Positions 1-18,322 of a DNA stretch of 64,000 bases are shown here, one piece after another (position 1 is the first letter of the stretch; each line of letters begins with the position of its first letter). The stretch comes from the human T2T-CHM13v2.0 reference genome, Homo sapiens: NCBI RefSeq assembly GCF_009914755.1, contig NC_060927.1. One strand, 5' to 3'. The position numbers and the translations under genes were made by a program. The notes beneath the pieces were generated by a model that was given only the letters and a program-made list of their open reading frames with translations, had not been told where the DNA came from and did no database searches.

Positions 1-2920
<2,920 letters not shown>

Positions 2921-2936
2921 TGAAAGTATTTGTCCA

Positions 2937-3238
2937 GGACTGGTATGGTGGCTCACACCTATTACCCCAACTACTTGGGAGGCTGAGGTGGGAGGATAGC
3001 TTGACGCCAGGAGTTTGAAACTAGCCTGAGCAACATAGCAAAACCCTGTCTCTGAAAAAAAAAATTAAAAGTTAGTTGAGTTTGGTGGTATATGTCTGTA
3101 GTCCCAGCTACTCAGGAAGCTGAAGCAGGAGGATTTCTTGAGCCCAGGAGTTCAAGGCTGCAGTGAGCTATGATCACGCCAGTGCCACTCTAGCTTGGGC
3201 AACAGAGTGAGAACCCATCTCAAACAAACAAAAAAAAA
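2937..3238 (+). mobile_element. AluJ
   Basis: Dimeric Alu with J-type diagnostics (ttgagcccaggagttcaaggctgcagtgagctatgatc) and A tail. Confidence 0.9.
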
Positions 3239-4431
3239 GTTTGTGTAAAAAAAAAACACCAAGAAAAAGAAATTGGTGCCATTTACATTAACTGACTCAT
3301 CCAAATTCTCTACTCAAAACCTGACTTTTTTCACTGACATTTTTGCTGCCCCTTAATTTTTAAAATGTATACATTTTCTTTTTCCTCATGAGTATATAGG
3401 TTGGTTAGGAGCAACAGAAACTTGGTGCAGCCTGCACAAAGACATAATTGCTATCATAACAAATTGCAGAACGTTGGGATGCTCCCTTTGACAATACTGA
3501 CAGTCATTGAGACATACTTTTTGAAATGAATTTCTTCTAAAGAATGTTATTACAATTTGTCTATGTTTTGTGTGAATGTGAGAGCAATGTAAATTCCATT
3601 CAAGGAGGACTCAAAGGTGTAACCTTCTCTAAATACTTTATTTAGCAAAAAAAAAAAAAATGGAAACTATCATTCTAATCTTTCTTCAGAGAAATAGGCA
3701 CAAAGATAGCATTTTTTAAAGCTTTGAAGTAGAATGTTTGAAGACTAAAATGTGGTGCCTATGAATGAGCATTTGGGTGATAAACTGCAAGGAAATATTA
3801 TAGAGATACGATATTAAGTCAAGACAATGATTCCCATTGGAAGAAAAATGAAGGCAACTGGGATCAGGAAAAAAGGGGGACTTTAGGATGGCTGGCAAGG
3901 TTCAATTTCTTGACCTGGATGATTGTTACAAGAATGTTCACCTTATAAGGATTAATTGAACTATACATTATTGTGTTGTGCATTATTTTACAGTAAAAAG
4001 AGAAAAAATACAATAAAACGCTAAATTGTCACTTGGGAAAAAAAGTGTTCCAATATATAACTCAGGGTAAAAATACCAAAGGTTAAGGCTATAGAGTAAC
4101 TTTTGAAAATTGGTCTTCTGAAACTAACTTTAATTGAAGTTTATTATGTATAAGGCCTTATGTGAAACTTGCCTGCCCTTCTTTATCTGTATTGATACCA
4201 AACTGTATGTGTTGTAAAAAGCAAGCACTTTCAAGAAAGTGGAAATAATATGACTGAACAAGTCATTATATGACTATTTTGATAAATATTTCTGTAATTC
4301 CTATAGAACAAAGAAAGAGAATAATTTTTATAATGTTTTCTCACATTCAATTTTGAAATAAAAATCTTTTCTTGTTGACAGTCTCCTGATAAATAATGCT
4401 GCCTACCAAACTAAACTGTAGTTAATGAAAA

Positions 4432-5352
4432 TTTTTTTTTTAATTTTTTCTTTCTTTTTCTTTATTTCAATAGGCTTTTGGTAACAGGTGGTATTTGGTT
4501 ACATGAATAAGTTCTTTCATGGTGATTTCTGAGATTTTGGTGCACCCATCAACCAAGCAGGGTACACTGTACCCAATGTGTAGTCTTTTATTCCTCGCCC
4601 CCCTCTCACTCATTCCCCCGGGTCCCCAAAGTTCATTGTATCATTCTTATGCCTTTGCATCCTCATAGCTTAGCCCCCACTTGTAAGTGAGAACATATGA
4701 AGTTTGGTTTTTCATTCCTGAGTTACTTAGAATAATGGTCCCCAGTTCCATCCAGGTTGCTGCAAATGCCATTATTTTGTTACTTCTTATGGCTGAGTAG
4801 TATTCCATGGTATATATACACCACATTTTCTTTAGCCACTCGTTGATTGATGGGCATTTGGGCTGCTTCCATATTTTGCAATTGCCACTTGTGCCACTAT
4901 AAATATGCATGTGCAACTATCTTTTTTTATATAATGACTTCTTTTCCCCTGGGTAGATACCTAGGAGTGGGATTGCTGGGTCAAATGGCAGTTCTACTTT
5001 TGGCTCTTTAAGGAATCTCCATACTGTTTTTCATAGTGGTTGTACTAGTTTACATTCCCACCAACATGTAAAAGTGTTCCCTTTTTACCACATCTATGCC
5101 AACATTTATTTTTTTTTTTGATTATTGGTCATTCTTGCAAAAGTAAGGTGGTATTGCATTGTGGTTTTGATTTGTATTTCCCTGATAATTAGTGATGTTG
5201 AGTGTTTTTTCATGTTCATTGGCCATTTGTATATCTTCTTTTGAGAATTGTCTATTCATGTTCTTAGCCCACTTTTTGAAGGGATTTTTTTTTTTGCTGA
5301 TTTTTTTTAGTTCCTTGTGGATTCTGGATATTAGTCCGTTGTTGGATGTATA
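4432..5352 (-). mobile_element. L1PB (PB2-like) 3' end, 5'-truncated
   Basis: T-rich tail, L1PB-type 3' UTR (acaggtggtatttggttacatgaataagttcttt...ggtgcacccatc), ORF2 C-terminal remnants in ORFs 4647-4916 and 5122-5361. Confidence 0.85.
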
Positions 5353-6949
5353 TTTAAACACACCAAAAAATATGAAATTAACATAGCTATGTTTTCATAA
5401 TTAAAAAATAAAAATGTCATTTTGTCTAAAACAAAATTGATTTGAAAAATCATGTTCAGGCATAGAAAATTCATGAGATGTTCTAAAGGTAAAAGCCACC
5501 ATAGTCCCCATTTATCCTAGAAATATTCACACCATATCAACCACAAGACAGACTCTTTTTTAAAAGGTATATAGGAAAGTCGTTGCTCTCAAAAACCTAC
5601 AGCTTAAAGGAATAAAGTAAATATTACTTAAATAGACTGGAGGCAATAGAGTAAAACAAAATCATAATACTAGAATTAAATATAGGTAAGTAATAACATG
5701 GTTTCTGAATGGAGAAGTACCTTCTCAAGATGAAAGCAATGGAATAGCAAAGAAAGAATAATTTTTGATAACATTTTTAACCAAAAGAAAGAGGCATCAG
5801 CAGACTGATTATATGTTGGAATACAAATTAGTATAAGTTTCTGTCTGGAAACAATTTGAAAGTATGTGTTGAATTTATTCTTTTAAATTTATGTTCTAAT
5901 AAATTTGAACTAATATTTCCATTTCAAGTCATCTATCCTAAGGAAATAATCAGAATTTGGAAAAATACTTTTTCGAATCTTTCCATAAGTGTTATACCAA
6001 CACATATAGAACATAAAAGTATAATTGGCAACCTATCTATTGAGAAGTTTCCCATCAGAGATTTTATTCAAGTTGATATTTGAAATGTTGCCTTATATTA
6101 CTATTAATCTATCATAAGAGATTCTGATACAGTGATACTTTATGTAGAACAGTTCAATAAATACCATGTAAGAAAACAAAAAGAAGTAGATTGATATCAC
6201 TTAAATTAAAAACCAGTGAATTTTCTATTTTGTGGAAAATAACCATATTGCTAAGTTATTATTATGAAATGTGTGTGCAGCTAGCTAGAGTCAGCTGGTA
6301 GGAAAGTCTTCTCGGTACCTTATTCCCAGAGATTCTGATGTGTTTTCTTAAATATATTCTGTTAAATGTTTCCCAACTGGGATAAATGTCACTGTGGTAT
6401 TTTTAATCATAGTAATATAATTAGTTTCCAAGAACTATCTGGTAACGTAAATGTATTTGGAGATTATAATGTAGTTTCTGTATTTTGAATAAAATTCTAC
6501 TTAGAGAAAGAATTTTATAAATATTTAGAGTCATGTCCATTTCCTCTTTTTAAATCTGGCACCCTACATTCTAATTTCAATAGGTTTCATCAGAACCGCA
6601 CTTAGCAGATGCTTAATCATTGTCTACAGAATGAATGGATGAATAAACTTGTGTGGGTATTTGTGAATCTTTAAGACTTAGTGCTCATCTGTTTCTTAAA
6701 GAAACTTGCTATTTCTCAGTGAAAGTGTCTTTCACCTGCTGAAGAGAGATTAGGCTTGTAGAAATTCTCATCTGGCAATGGTTTATTTTGTTCTTTTTAG
6801 AGGAAAACCTTTCTTAATAAAATAATTTAACAAAAGATAAAAACATATTTGTGCATTGAAAGTGTTTGCACAGGTTATTTTATGTTTTAGTAGAGTAGTA
6901 GATATAATTAATGTTCTTAAATATCCAGTTCTTTCCCACTTCTGTGTAT

Positions 6950-7240
6950 GAGGAAGCCTATACTGCTTCATTTCTTGGAGTTAGTCATGGTCATGTAACT
7001 AATTCTAGCAAATGAGATGTGAGGGAATATGAGAGTCACCAGTGGTAAATACTAGTGCCCAACTCTCTAGCCCATTCTTCCCCTGCTGTGCAAAGGAGAT
7101 AGCATATGGTGTGGAGTGGCTATATGGAAAAGAATCCCCGGTCAAATCATGTTGAACATGTACAGTGAGCAAGAAATAAGTTGTGTTGCTTTAAGCTACT
7201 GAAATTTTGGTGGTTTGTCACCACAGTAAAACCTAGCCAA
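6950..7240 (+). mobile_element. Old ERVL/MaLR-type LTR fragment (MLT1-like)
   Basis: ttaagctactgaaattttggtggtttgtcaccacagtaaaacctagcc resembles MLT1 LTR 3' ends; heavily diverged. Confidence 0.45.
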
Positions 7241-10200
7241 TGTGCTTCAGTATACCTCTGGTCAGTATCTAATTACAAAATCTTTCTTCATGACCACATA
7301 CACTTCCATTAATGGTGAAAAAAGTCAACTCGTTACGTGCTCACGATATGCTTCCTCTGCTTAATATAAAAGCAGAACAACTCACTGATATGCATTGAGA
7401 AGACAGTGCATCAAATCAGTTTCCCATTCTCTTTCCCTTTAGAAGCCTACTAGTAACAAACACTTGGTAGAAATTCAAGGGGCTTCGAGATACAAAATCA
7501 ATTTTACCAGAAAGAATAAGTTCAGCTGCATAAAACAGAAATAAAAAATAAGATTTTCTAAACCATCATAGAAGTTTATTTTTTCATTTATGTAAAGAAG
7601 CTAAGCTTGAAACCTAGGTCTAAACAGACAGCCCCAGAGTCTTTAGAAATCCAGGCTTCTACATTTCTGCTATATTCCTCCATTCACGACTTTATTTTCA
7701 AGGTCTCTCAGTTGGTCTAAGAACTGCTGATGCTCCAGCCATTACACTGGCATGCAGGTCTTTAGCGGGAGAAAGAGGAAAATGACAAAAGAGTGTACTA
7801 TCCAGTTTTCTTTAAGCATACTCCATGGTCTTTTATTCTTCTTATTTGATTAATACATATTAACCGATTAACAGATTAATCTATTCTTAATACAGACTAA
7901 CTACAATCTGTACCATACTTCCTGCCAAAATTCTATCCTATGTTGTCTATAATAATTTTCTATATTAAATATTCTTTTAACTGTTTAAATATCTAATCTT
8001 ATCCCTTCTTATTCTTCATATACATATTGATATTACTCTCCTAAGTATACCTTCTCTCTTTTCTTGATAAATTTAAGGAAGCTTTTTATCCCAAATTCTT
8101 TGGCACCAATTGCAACTTGAAACTTTTCCTGTGTTGTATGAAAGGAGAAAAGGTTACCATACTCCTTGACAAGGATGGAAGAGGCCCTCGGGCATGACAA
8201 GACACATATGGTTAAGACATTGCCACCTATTTTGTGGCATCTAACCATCATTTTTTTCAGACTTGAAACCAACAAAGATCAAAAAAGACAATTACATAAC
8301 AGTAAAGGGTTCAATTCAACAAGGAAACCTAACTATCGTAAATATGTATGCACCCAACACAGAAGCACCCAGATTCCTAAAGCAAGTTCTTAGAGATCTA
8401 CAAAGAGACTTAGAGTCCCGCACAATAATACTGGGAGAATTCAACACTCCACTGACAGTATTAGACAGATCACTGAGGCAGAAAATTAACAGAGATATTT
8501 AGGATCTAAACTCAACATTGGACCAAATGGATCTTATAGACCTCTACAGAACTCTGCACCCAAAAACAACAGAATATAAATTCTTCCCATCACTATATGG
8601 CCCATACTCTAAAATTGAACACACAGTCAGACATAAAACAATCCTCAGCAAATTCAAAAGAACAGAAATCATGCTAAACATACTCTTGGACTCCAGTGCA
8701 ATAAAAATTGAAATCAATACTTTAAAAATTGCTTAAAACCATCCAAATACATGGAAATTAAACAACCTGCTCCTGAATGACATTTGAGTAAATAATGAGA
8801 TTAAGGCAGAAATCAAGAAGTTCTTTGAAACTAATGAGAACAAAGATATAACATACCACAATCTCTAGGACACAGCTAAGGCAATATTAAGATGGAAATT
8901 TATAGCACTAAATGCCTACATCAAAAAAGTGAGAATAATCTCAAATTAACAACCTAAGATCACGACTAAAAGAACTAGAGAAGCAAAAGCAAACCAAAAA
9001 GCTAGCGGAAGACAGGAAAAAAACAAAATCAGAGCTTAATCGAAAGAGATCAAGACACAAAAAAACACTCGAAAGATCCACAAATCTAGGAGTTTGTTTT
9101 CTGCAAAAAATAACAAGATAGTCGACTAGCTAGACTAATAAAGAAGAAAAAAGAGAAGATCCAAATAAACACTGTTAGAAATGGCAAAGGGGATGTTACC
9201 GCTGACCACACAGAAATACAAACAACCATCAGAGACTATTATGAACACCTCTGTGCATACAATCTAGAAAACCTAGAAAAGATGGATAAATTTGTGGACA
9301 CATATACCCTCCCAAGACAGAACCAAAAAGAAATTGATTCCCTGAATAGACAATTAACAGGCTCCAAAACTGAATCAGTAATAAATAGCCTATCAGGACT
9401 GGACAGATTCACAGCAGAACTGCACCAGCTGTACAAAGAGCTGGTTAACATTTCTACTGAAACTATTTCAGAAAATTGAGAAGGGATATGAGGCCAGCAT
9501 TATCCTAATACCAAAATGTGGCAGAGACACAACAAAAAAGGCATTATCCTTGATGAATATTGATGCAAAAATCCTCAATAAAATACTTGCAAATTGCATC
9601 CAACAGCACATTGAAAAGCTAATCCACCACTCTCAAGTAGGTTTTATCCCAGGAATGCAAGATTTGTTCAACATACACAAATCAATAAATGTGATTAACC
9701 ACATAAACAGAATTAAAGATGAAAACTATGATTGTCTCTCAGTAGATGCAGAGAAGGCTTTCAATAAAATTCAACTTCCTTTCATGTTCAAAAACCCTCA
9801 ATAAACTGGGTATCGAAGAAATATACCTCAAAATAATGAGAGCCATCTATAACAAACTGACAGCCAACATCATACCGAATGGGCAAAAGCTGGAAGCATT
9901 CCCCTTGAAAATCAGCATGACAAGAATGTCCTCTATCACCACTCCTATTCAACATAGTATTGTAAGTCCTGGCCAGAGCAATCAGACAAGAGAAAGAATA
10001 AAAGGCATCCAAATAGGAAGAAAGGAAGTCAAACTATCCCTGTTTGCCAATGACATGATTCTATATCTAGAAAACCCCATAGTCTAAGCACAAAAGCTCC
10101 TTAAGATAACAAAAAAAAAAACTTTAGCAAAATTTCATGATACAAAATTAATGTGCAGAAATCACTAGTATTGTTATAAACCAACGACAGCCAAGACGAA

Positions 10201-11758
10201 AGTCAAATCAGGAAGGCAGTCTCATTCACAATTGCTAAAAAAAGGATAAAATACCCAGGAATACAGCTAACCATGGAGGTGAAAGATTTCTACAAGTAGA
10301 ACTACAAAGCACTGCTCAAAGAAATCAGAGATGATACAAACAAATGGAAAAACATTCCATGCTCATGGATAGAAAGAACCAATGTCATTAAACTGGCCAT
10401 ACTGATCAAAGCAATTTACAGATTCAATGCTATTCCTGTCAAACCACCTATGACATTCTTCACAGAACTAGAAGAATAAACTATTAAAAGTTCGTATAAA
10501 GTTTAAAAAAAAAAAAAGTCTGAATAGCCCAGGCAATCCTAGGCAAAAAAAAAAAAAAAAAACAAAGCAGGAAGCATCATGCCACTAAACTTCAAGCTAC
10601 ACTACAGGGCTACAGTAACAAAACAGCATGGTACTAGTACAAACACAGACACATAGACCAATGGAACAGAGTGGAGAGCCGAGAAATAAGGCTCCACACC
10701 TACAATCATCTGATCTTTGACAAAGCTGACAAAAATGAGCAATGAGGAAAGGACTCCCTATTCAATAAATTGTGCTGGAATAACTGGCTAGTCATATGCA
10801 GAAAATTGAAATTGGACCCCTTCCTTATGCCACATACAAAAATCAACTCAAGATGGATTGAAGACTTAAATGTAAAACCCAAAACTATAAAAGTCCTGGA
10901 AGACGACCTAGGCAATATGATTCAGGACAGAGCAATAGGCAAATATTTTATGATGAAGACCTCAAAACAACTGCAACAAAAGCAAAAATTAACAAATCGG
11001 ACCTAATTAAATTTAAGAGCTTCTGCACAACAAAAGAAACTATCAACAGAGTGAACAGAGAGTCTACAGAATGGATGAAAATTTTTGCACACCATGCATC
11101 TGACAAAGGTCTAATATTAAGCACCTATAAGGAACCTAAAAAACATTAAAAGACAGAAAATAGCCCCATTAAAAAGAGGACAAAGGGCATGAACAGACAC
11201 CTTTCAAAAGAAGACAGACATGTTGCCAACAGTGATACCAAAAAAAGCTCAACATCACTGGTCATTACAGAAATGCAAATCAAAAGCACCATGAGAGACC
11301 CAGTAACACCAGTCAGAATGGCTATTAATAAAAAGTGAAAAAATAACAGATGCTAGTGAGTTTGCAGAGAAAAAGGAGCACTTATACACTGGGAGTGTAA
11401 ATTAGTTCAACCATTGTGAAAGACCATGTGGCAATTCCTCAAAGACCTAAAAATAGAAATACCATTTGACCCAGCAATCCCATTACTGGATATATACCCA
11501 AAGAAATATAAATTGTTCTGTTATAAAGACACATGTATCCATACGTTGATTGCACCACTATTCACAATAACAAAAAAAATGGAATCAACCTAAGCACCCA
11601 TCAATGGCAGATTGGGTAAAATAAATGTGGTACAATAAATACACCATGGAATACTATGCAACCATACAAAAGAATGAGATCATGTCCTTTGCAGCAACAT
11701 GGGTAGAGCTGGAGACCATTATTAGGAAACTAACACAGGAACAGAAAACCAAATATCA

Positions 11759-14700
11759 CAGGGATCATGGCAGACAAGAGGCAGGACTAGATTGCAGCTC
11801 TGACTTGGACAGACAGAGCAGCATGTGGAGGCTCGCATCATGAATTTTTGCTCCACAACAACTGAAGGAATAAATCAGGAAACCTGAGAGGATCCACAGA
11901 CCCCCTGAAGGAAGCGGATTGCTCCTGCAGGACCCGGCAGACACCCCAAATACTGTGATGCCCAAACTGTGGAAGTGGGAAAGGGAGATGGTCCAGGAAG
12001 CTGAAGGCCTACATTACAAGGGAAGATTTTGACCTTACCTGGAGCTGAGTCAATTTAGAGAGCCCAGCATAATACAGGGGTAGAGGTGGCAGCAGGAAAC
12101 CCCTGGAAGCTCACTGGGTCCCCTACCAAGCCGTTTTTGCCTGATCTCAGAGAAGACCTTCAGGAGGGAGGCCAGAGGCACTGGGAAAAGGCCACAGGGA
12201 GAAGGAAATCTCCAGCTGAATTTTGTAACAATTTGAACTGATCGAGAAGCCTCCTGGCCAGAACTCGGCAGAGGGCATGAATCCGATATTGCAGATTCCA
12301 TGGGCAGGGGAAGAATCAAATCCCTTTTCTTTCACAGCTGAGGTGGGTATCCTGGGGCAAGTTCTCAAACCCTGCTCACACACGGCCCAGAAACACACAG
12401 TGCTGTTAGAGGGGGCACGCTGCAGGTCAGACCAGCCTTTCTGATTGTTTAGGAGACAGGTGAGGCCTGTAACTGCCAGCTTTCCCCCCACTTCCCTGAC
12501 AACCTGCATGACTCAGCAGAGGCAGCCATAATCCTCCTAGGTACACAATTCCATTGACCCGGGAACCTCACCCCCATCCTCCACAGCAGCCCCAGCTAGA
12601 CCATCCAAGTAGAGTCTAAGTTTAAACATGCCTAGCCCTGCCCCCACCTGATGCGCCTTCCCTACCCACCCTGGTAGCTGAAGACAAGGGGAATATACTC
12701 TTGGGAGTTCTAGGGCCCCACCCACCACTATTTCCTCCCCATACTACCACAGCTGATGCTCTCTGGAAAGCACCACCCCCTGGCAGGAGGCCAGCCAGCA
12801 CAAAAATAGAACATTAAACCACGTAAGCTAAGAACCCTCACAGAGTCTATTTCACCCCCCTACCACCTCCACTAAAACAGGTGCTGGTATCCATGGCTGA
12901 GAGACCCAAGGATGGTTCACATCACAGGACTCTGCTGTGCAGACGACCAACCCCCAGTACCAGCCCAGAGGCAGGTAAATTTGGTGGGTGGTTAGATCCA
13001 GAAGAGAGACAACAATCACTGCAGCTCGTCTGTCAGGAAGCCACGTCCATAGGAAAAGGGACAGAGTACTACATCAAGGGAACATACTGTGGGACAAAAG
13101 AATCTAAATAACAGCCTTCAGGCCTAGACCTCCCCTCTGACAGAGCCTACCCAAATGAGAAGGAACCAGAAAACCAACTCTGGTAATATGACAAAACAAG
13201 GTTCTATAACACCCCCCAAAAAATCACACTAGCTCACCAGCAGTGAATCCAAACCAGGAAGAAACCCCTGAATTACCTGAAAAAGAATTCAGGAGGTTAG
13301 TTATTAAGCTAATCAGGGAAGCACCAGAGAAAGGCGAAGCCCAATGCAAGGAAACCCAAAAAAACGATACAAGAAGTGAAGGGAGAAATATTCAAAGAAA
13401 TAGACAGCATAAAGAAAAAAACAATAAAAGCTTCAGGAAACATTGGACACACTTACAGAAATGCAAAATGCTCTGGAAAATCGGAAGACCAATAGAATTG
13501 AACAAGTAAAAGAAATTCAGAGCTTAAAGACAAGGCCTTTGAATTAAACCAATCCAACAAAGACAAAGAAAAAAGAATGAGAAAATATGAACAAAGCCTC
13601 CAAGAAGTCTGGGATTATGTTAAACAATCAAACCTAAGAATAATTGGTGTTCCTGAGGAAGAAGAGAAATCTAAAAGTTTGGAAAACATATTTGGGGAAC
13701 TAATCAAGGAAAACTTCCCCAGCCATGCTAGAGACCTAGAAATCCAAATACAAGAAGCACACAGAACACCTGGAAAACTCATCGCAAAAATATTATCACC
13801 TAGCCACACTGTCATCAGGTTATCTAAAGTTAAGATAAAGGAAAGCATCTTAAGAGCTGTGAGACAAAAGCATCAGGTAACCTATAAAGGAAAACCTATC
13901 AGATTAACAGCAGATTTCTCAGCAGAATCCTTATAAGCTAGAAGGAATTGGGGCCCTATCTTCAGCCTCCTCAAACAAAACAATTATCAGGCAAGAAATT
14001 TGTATCCAGCTAAACTAAGCATCATACATGAAGAAAAGATACAGTCTTTTTCAGACAAATGACAAGAGAATTCGCCATTACCAAGCCACCACTACAAGAA
14101 CTGCTAAAGGGGGCTCTAAATCTTGAAATAAATCCTGGAAACACATCAAAAAAGGACCTCTTTAAAGCATAAATCACACAGGACCTATAAAACAAAAATA
14201 CAGTTAAAAAGCAAAAAAGAAAAAAAAAAAAAAAAAAACAAGGTACACAGGCAACAAATAGCATGAAGAATGGAATGGTACCTCAATCTCAATACTAACA
14301 TTGAATGTAAATGGCCTAAAGACTCCTCTTAAAAGATACAGAACTTCAGAATGGATAAGAACTCATCAACCAACTGTCTGCTACCTTCGGGAGACTCACC
14401 TAACACATAAAGACTCACATAATCTTAAAGTAAAGGGGTGGAAAAACACATTTCATGGACATGAAAAGCAAGCCAGGATAGCTATTCTTATATCAGACAA
14501 AACAAATTTTAAAACAACAATGGTTAAAAGAGACAAAGAGGGACAGTCTATGATGGTAAAAGGTCTTGTCCAACAGGAAAATATCACAATCCTAAACATA
14601 TATGCACCTAACACTGGAGCTCCCAATTTTACAAAGCAATTACTAATAGACCTAAGCAATGAGATAGCAGCACAATAATACTTCAATACTCCACTGACAG

Positions 14701-17700
14701 CACTAGACAGGTCATCAAGACAGAAAGTCAACAAAGAAACAATGTATTTAAACTATACCCTGGAACAAAGGGACTTAACAGCTATATGCAGAGCATTCCA
14801 TCCAACAACCATAAATACACATTCTATTCAACAGCACATGGAACTTTCTCCAAGATAGACCACATGATAGACCACAAAACAATTCTCAATAATTTTAAGA
14901 AAACTGAAATTATATCAAGCACTCTCTCAGACTACAGTGGAATAAAACTGAAAATAAACTCCAAAAGGAACCTCCAAAACCATGCAAATACATGGAAATT
15001 AAATAACCTACTCCTTAATGATCATTGAGTTAAAAATATATCAAAATTAAAATTAAAAAATTCTTCAAACCAAATGAAAGTAGTGAGAAAACCTATCAAA
15101 ACCTCTGGGACACAGTCAAGGCAGTGCTAAAAGGAAAGTTCATAGCCCTAAATGCCTACATCAAAAAGTCTGAAAGAGCACAGACAATCTAAGGTCACAC
15201 CTCAAGAAAATAGAGAAACAAGAACAAACCAAACCCATACCCAGCAGAAGAATGGAAATAACCAAGATCAGAGCAGAACTAAATGAAATTGAAGCAAAAA
15301 AAAAAAAAAATACAAAAGTTAAATGAAACAAGAAGCTGGTTCTTTGGAAAGGTAACTAAAATTGATAGATTGTTAGCAAGACTAACCAAGAAAAGAAGAG
15401 AGAAAATCTAAATAAGGTCAATAAGAAATGAAACAGGAGATATTACAACTGACACCACAGAAATGCAAAAGATCATACAAGGCTACAATGAACAACTTTA
15501 TGTGCATAAACTAGAAAACCAAGAATAGATGAATAAATTCTTGGAAAGATACAACCTTCTTAGCTTAAATCAGGAAGAATTAGATACCCTGAACAGATGA
15601 AAAACAAGCAGAGAGATTGAAATGGTAATTCAAGAATTAACAACAATAAAAAAAAAATGTCCAGGACCAGATGGATTCACAGCTAAATTCTACCAGACAT
15701 TCAAAGATAAATTGGTACCAATCCTATTGACACTATTCCACAAGATAGAGAAAGATGGAACCCCTCCCTAAATCATTCTATGAAGCCAGTATCACCCTAA
15801 TACCAAAACCAGTAAAGGACATAACCAAAAAAGAAAATTACAGACCAATATCCCTGATGAACGTAGATGCTAAAATCCTTGACAAAATACTGTCTAACGA
15901 ATCCAACAACATATCAAAAAGATAATTCATCACGAACAAGAGGGTTTTATACAGGGATGAAAGGATGATTTAACATACACAAGTCAATAAATATGATATA
16001 CCACATAAACAGCATTAAAAACAAAAATCACATGATTATCTCCATAAATGCAGAAAAAAGCATTTGACAAAAATCCAGCATCCCTTTATGATTAAAACTC
16101 TCAGCAAAATTGACATACAAGGGACATACGTCAATATAATAAAAGCCATCTATGACAAACCCACAGTCAACATATACTGAAAGAGGAAAAAATGAAAGCA
16201 TTCCCTCTGAGAACTGGAAGAAGACAAGGATGTTTACTCTCACCACTCCTCTTCAACACAGTACTGGAAGTCCTAGCCAGAGCAATCAGACAAGAGAAAG
16301 GAATAAAGAAAGGGCATCCAAATTAGTAAAGAGGAAGTCAAACTGTTGCTGTTTGCTGATGATTTGATCATTTACCTAGAAAACCCTAAAGACTGCTCCA
16401 GAAAGCTCCTAGAACTGATAAAAGAATTTAGCAAAGTTTCCAGATACAAAATTAGTGTACACAAATCAATAGCTCTTCTATACACCAAGACTGACCAAGC
16501 TGAAAATCAATCAAGAACTCAACCCCTTTTACAATAGCTGCAAAAAACATAAAATACTTAGGAATGTACCTAACCAAGGAGTCTAAAAACCTCTAAAGGA
16601 AAACTACGAAACACTGCTGAAAGAAATTGTAGATTTCTTTCAAACAAATGAAAACACATCCCTTGCTCATGGATGAGTAGAATCAATATTGTGAAAATGA
16701 CCATATTGATAAAAGCAATCTACAAATTCAATGCAGTCTCCATCAGAATACCACCATCATTCTTCACAGAATTAGAAAAAAACAATTCTAAAATTCATAT
16801 GGAACCAACAAAGGGCCCGCATAGCCAAAGGAAGACTAAGCAAAAAGTACAAATCTGGAGGCATCACATTACCTGATTTTAAACTATATTGTAAGGCTGT
16901 AGTCACCAAAACAGCGTGGTACTGGTATAAAAATAGGCACATAGACCAATGGAACAGAACAGAGAACACAAATAAACTCAAATGCTTACAGCCAACTGAT
17001 CTTTGACAAAGCAAACAAAAACATAAAGTGGAGAAAGGACACCCTTTTCAAAAAATGATGCTGGGATAACTGGCTAGCCACATGTAGGAGAATGCAACTG
17101 GATCCTCATCTCTCACCTTATATAAAAATCATTCAAGATGGATTAAGGACTTAAATCTAAGACTTGAAACTATAAAAATCCTAGAAGATAACACTGGAAA
17201 ACCCCTTCTAGACAATGGCTTAGGCAAAGATTTTATGACCAAGAACCCAAAAGCAAATGCAATAACAACAAAGATAAAATCCTGGGACTTAATTAAACTA
17301 AAGAGCTTTTGCACGGCAAAAGGAATAGTCAGCAGAGTTAACAGACAACCCACAGAGTGGGAAAAAGTCTTCACAATCTATACATCTGACAGAGGGCTAA
17401 CATCCAGAATCTACAACGAACTCAAACAAATCAGCAAGAAAAAAAAATTCCATCAAAAAATGGGCTAAGGACATGAATAAACAATTCTCAAAAGAAGATA
17501 TACAAATGACCAACAAACATATGAAAAAATGTTCAACATCACTAATAATCAGGGAAATGCAAATCAAACCACGATATGATACCACCTTACTCCAGCAAGA
17601 ATGGCCATAATAAAAAAATCAGCAAATAGTAGATGTTGGCGTGGATGCAGTGGACAGGGCACACTTCTACACTGCTGGTGGGAATATAAACTATTACAAC

Positions 17701-18322
17701 CACTATGGAGTACAGTGTGGAGATTCCTTAAAGAACTAAAAGTAGAACCACCATTTGATCCAGCAATCCCACTACTGGGTATCTACCCATAGGAAAGGGA
17801 GTCATTACACGAAAAAAATACTCATACATGCATGTTTATAGCAGCACAATTTGCAATTGCAATAATGTGGAGCCAACCCAAATGCCCATCAATCAATGAG
17901 TGGATAAAGAAACTGTGTGGGAGAGATATATATGTAATATTATATATATATATATATATATGATAGAATACTACTCAGCCATAAAAAGGAATGAATTAAC
18001 TGCATTTACAGTGACCTGAATGAGGTTGGAGACTATTATTCTAAGTGAAGTAACTCAGGAATGGAAAAGCAAACATCCTACATTCTCACTCATAAGTGGG
18101 AGCTAAGCTATGAGGATGCAAAGGCATAAGAATGACACGATGGACTTTGGGGACTCAGGGGAAAGGGTGGGAAGGGGGTGAGGGATAAAAGACTACGAAT
18201 AGGGTAAAGTGTGTACTGCTCAGGTGATGGGTGCACCAAAATTTCACAAATCACCACTAAAGAACTTACTCATGTAACCAAACACCACCTGTTCCCCCAA
18301 TAACCTATGGAAATAAAAAAAC
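11759..18322 (+). mobile_element. Full-length L1PB1-like element (5' UTR about 11760-13154, ORF1 about 13155-14172, ORF2 from about 14263, 3' UTR to 18322), inactivated
   Basis: L1PBa-type 5' UTR start gggatcatggcagacaagaggcaggactagattgcagc; ORF1 remnants (EVWDYVKQSNLRIIGVPE, YKGKPIRLTADFS); ORF2 remnants (NVNGL, LFADD); L1PB 3' end cacctgttcccccaataacctatggaaataaaaaaa; many stops and frameshifts. Confidence 0.92.
17926..17960. repeat. (TA)n microsatellite in the L1PB 3' region
   Basis: Interrupted tatatata run seen directly. Confidence 0.85.
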
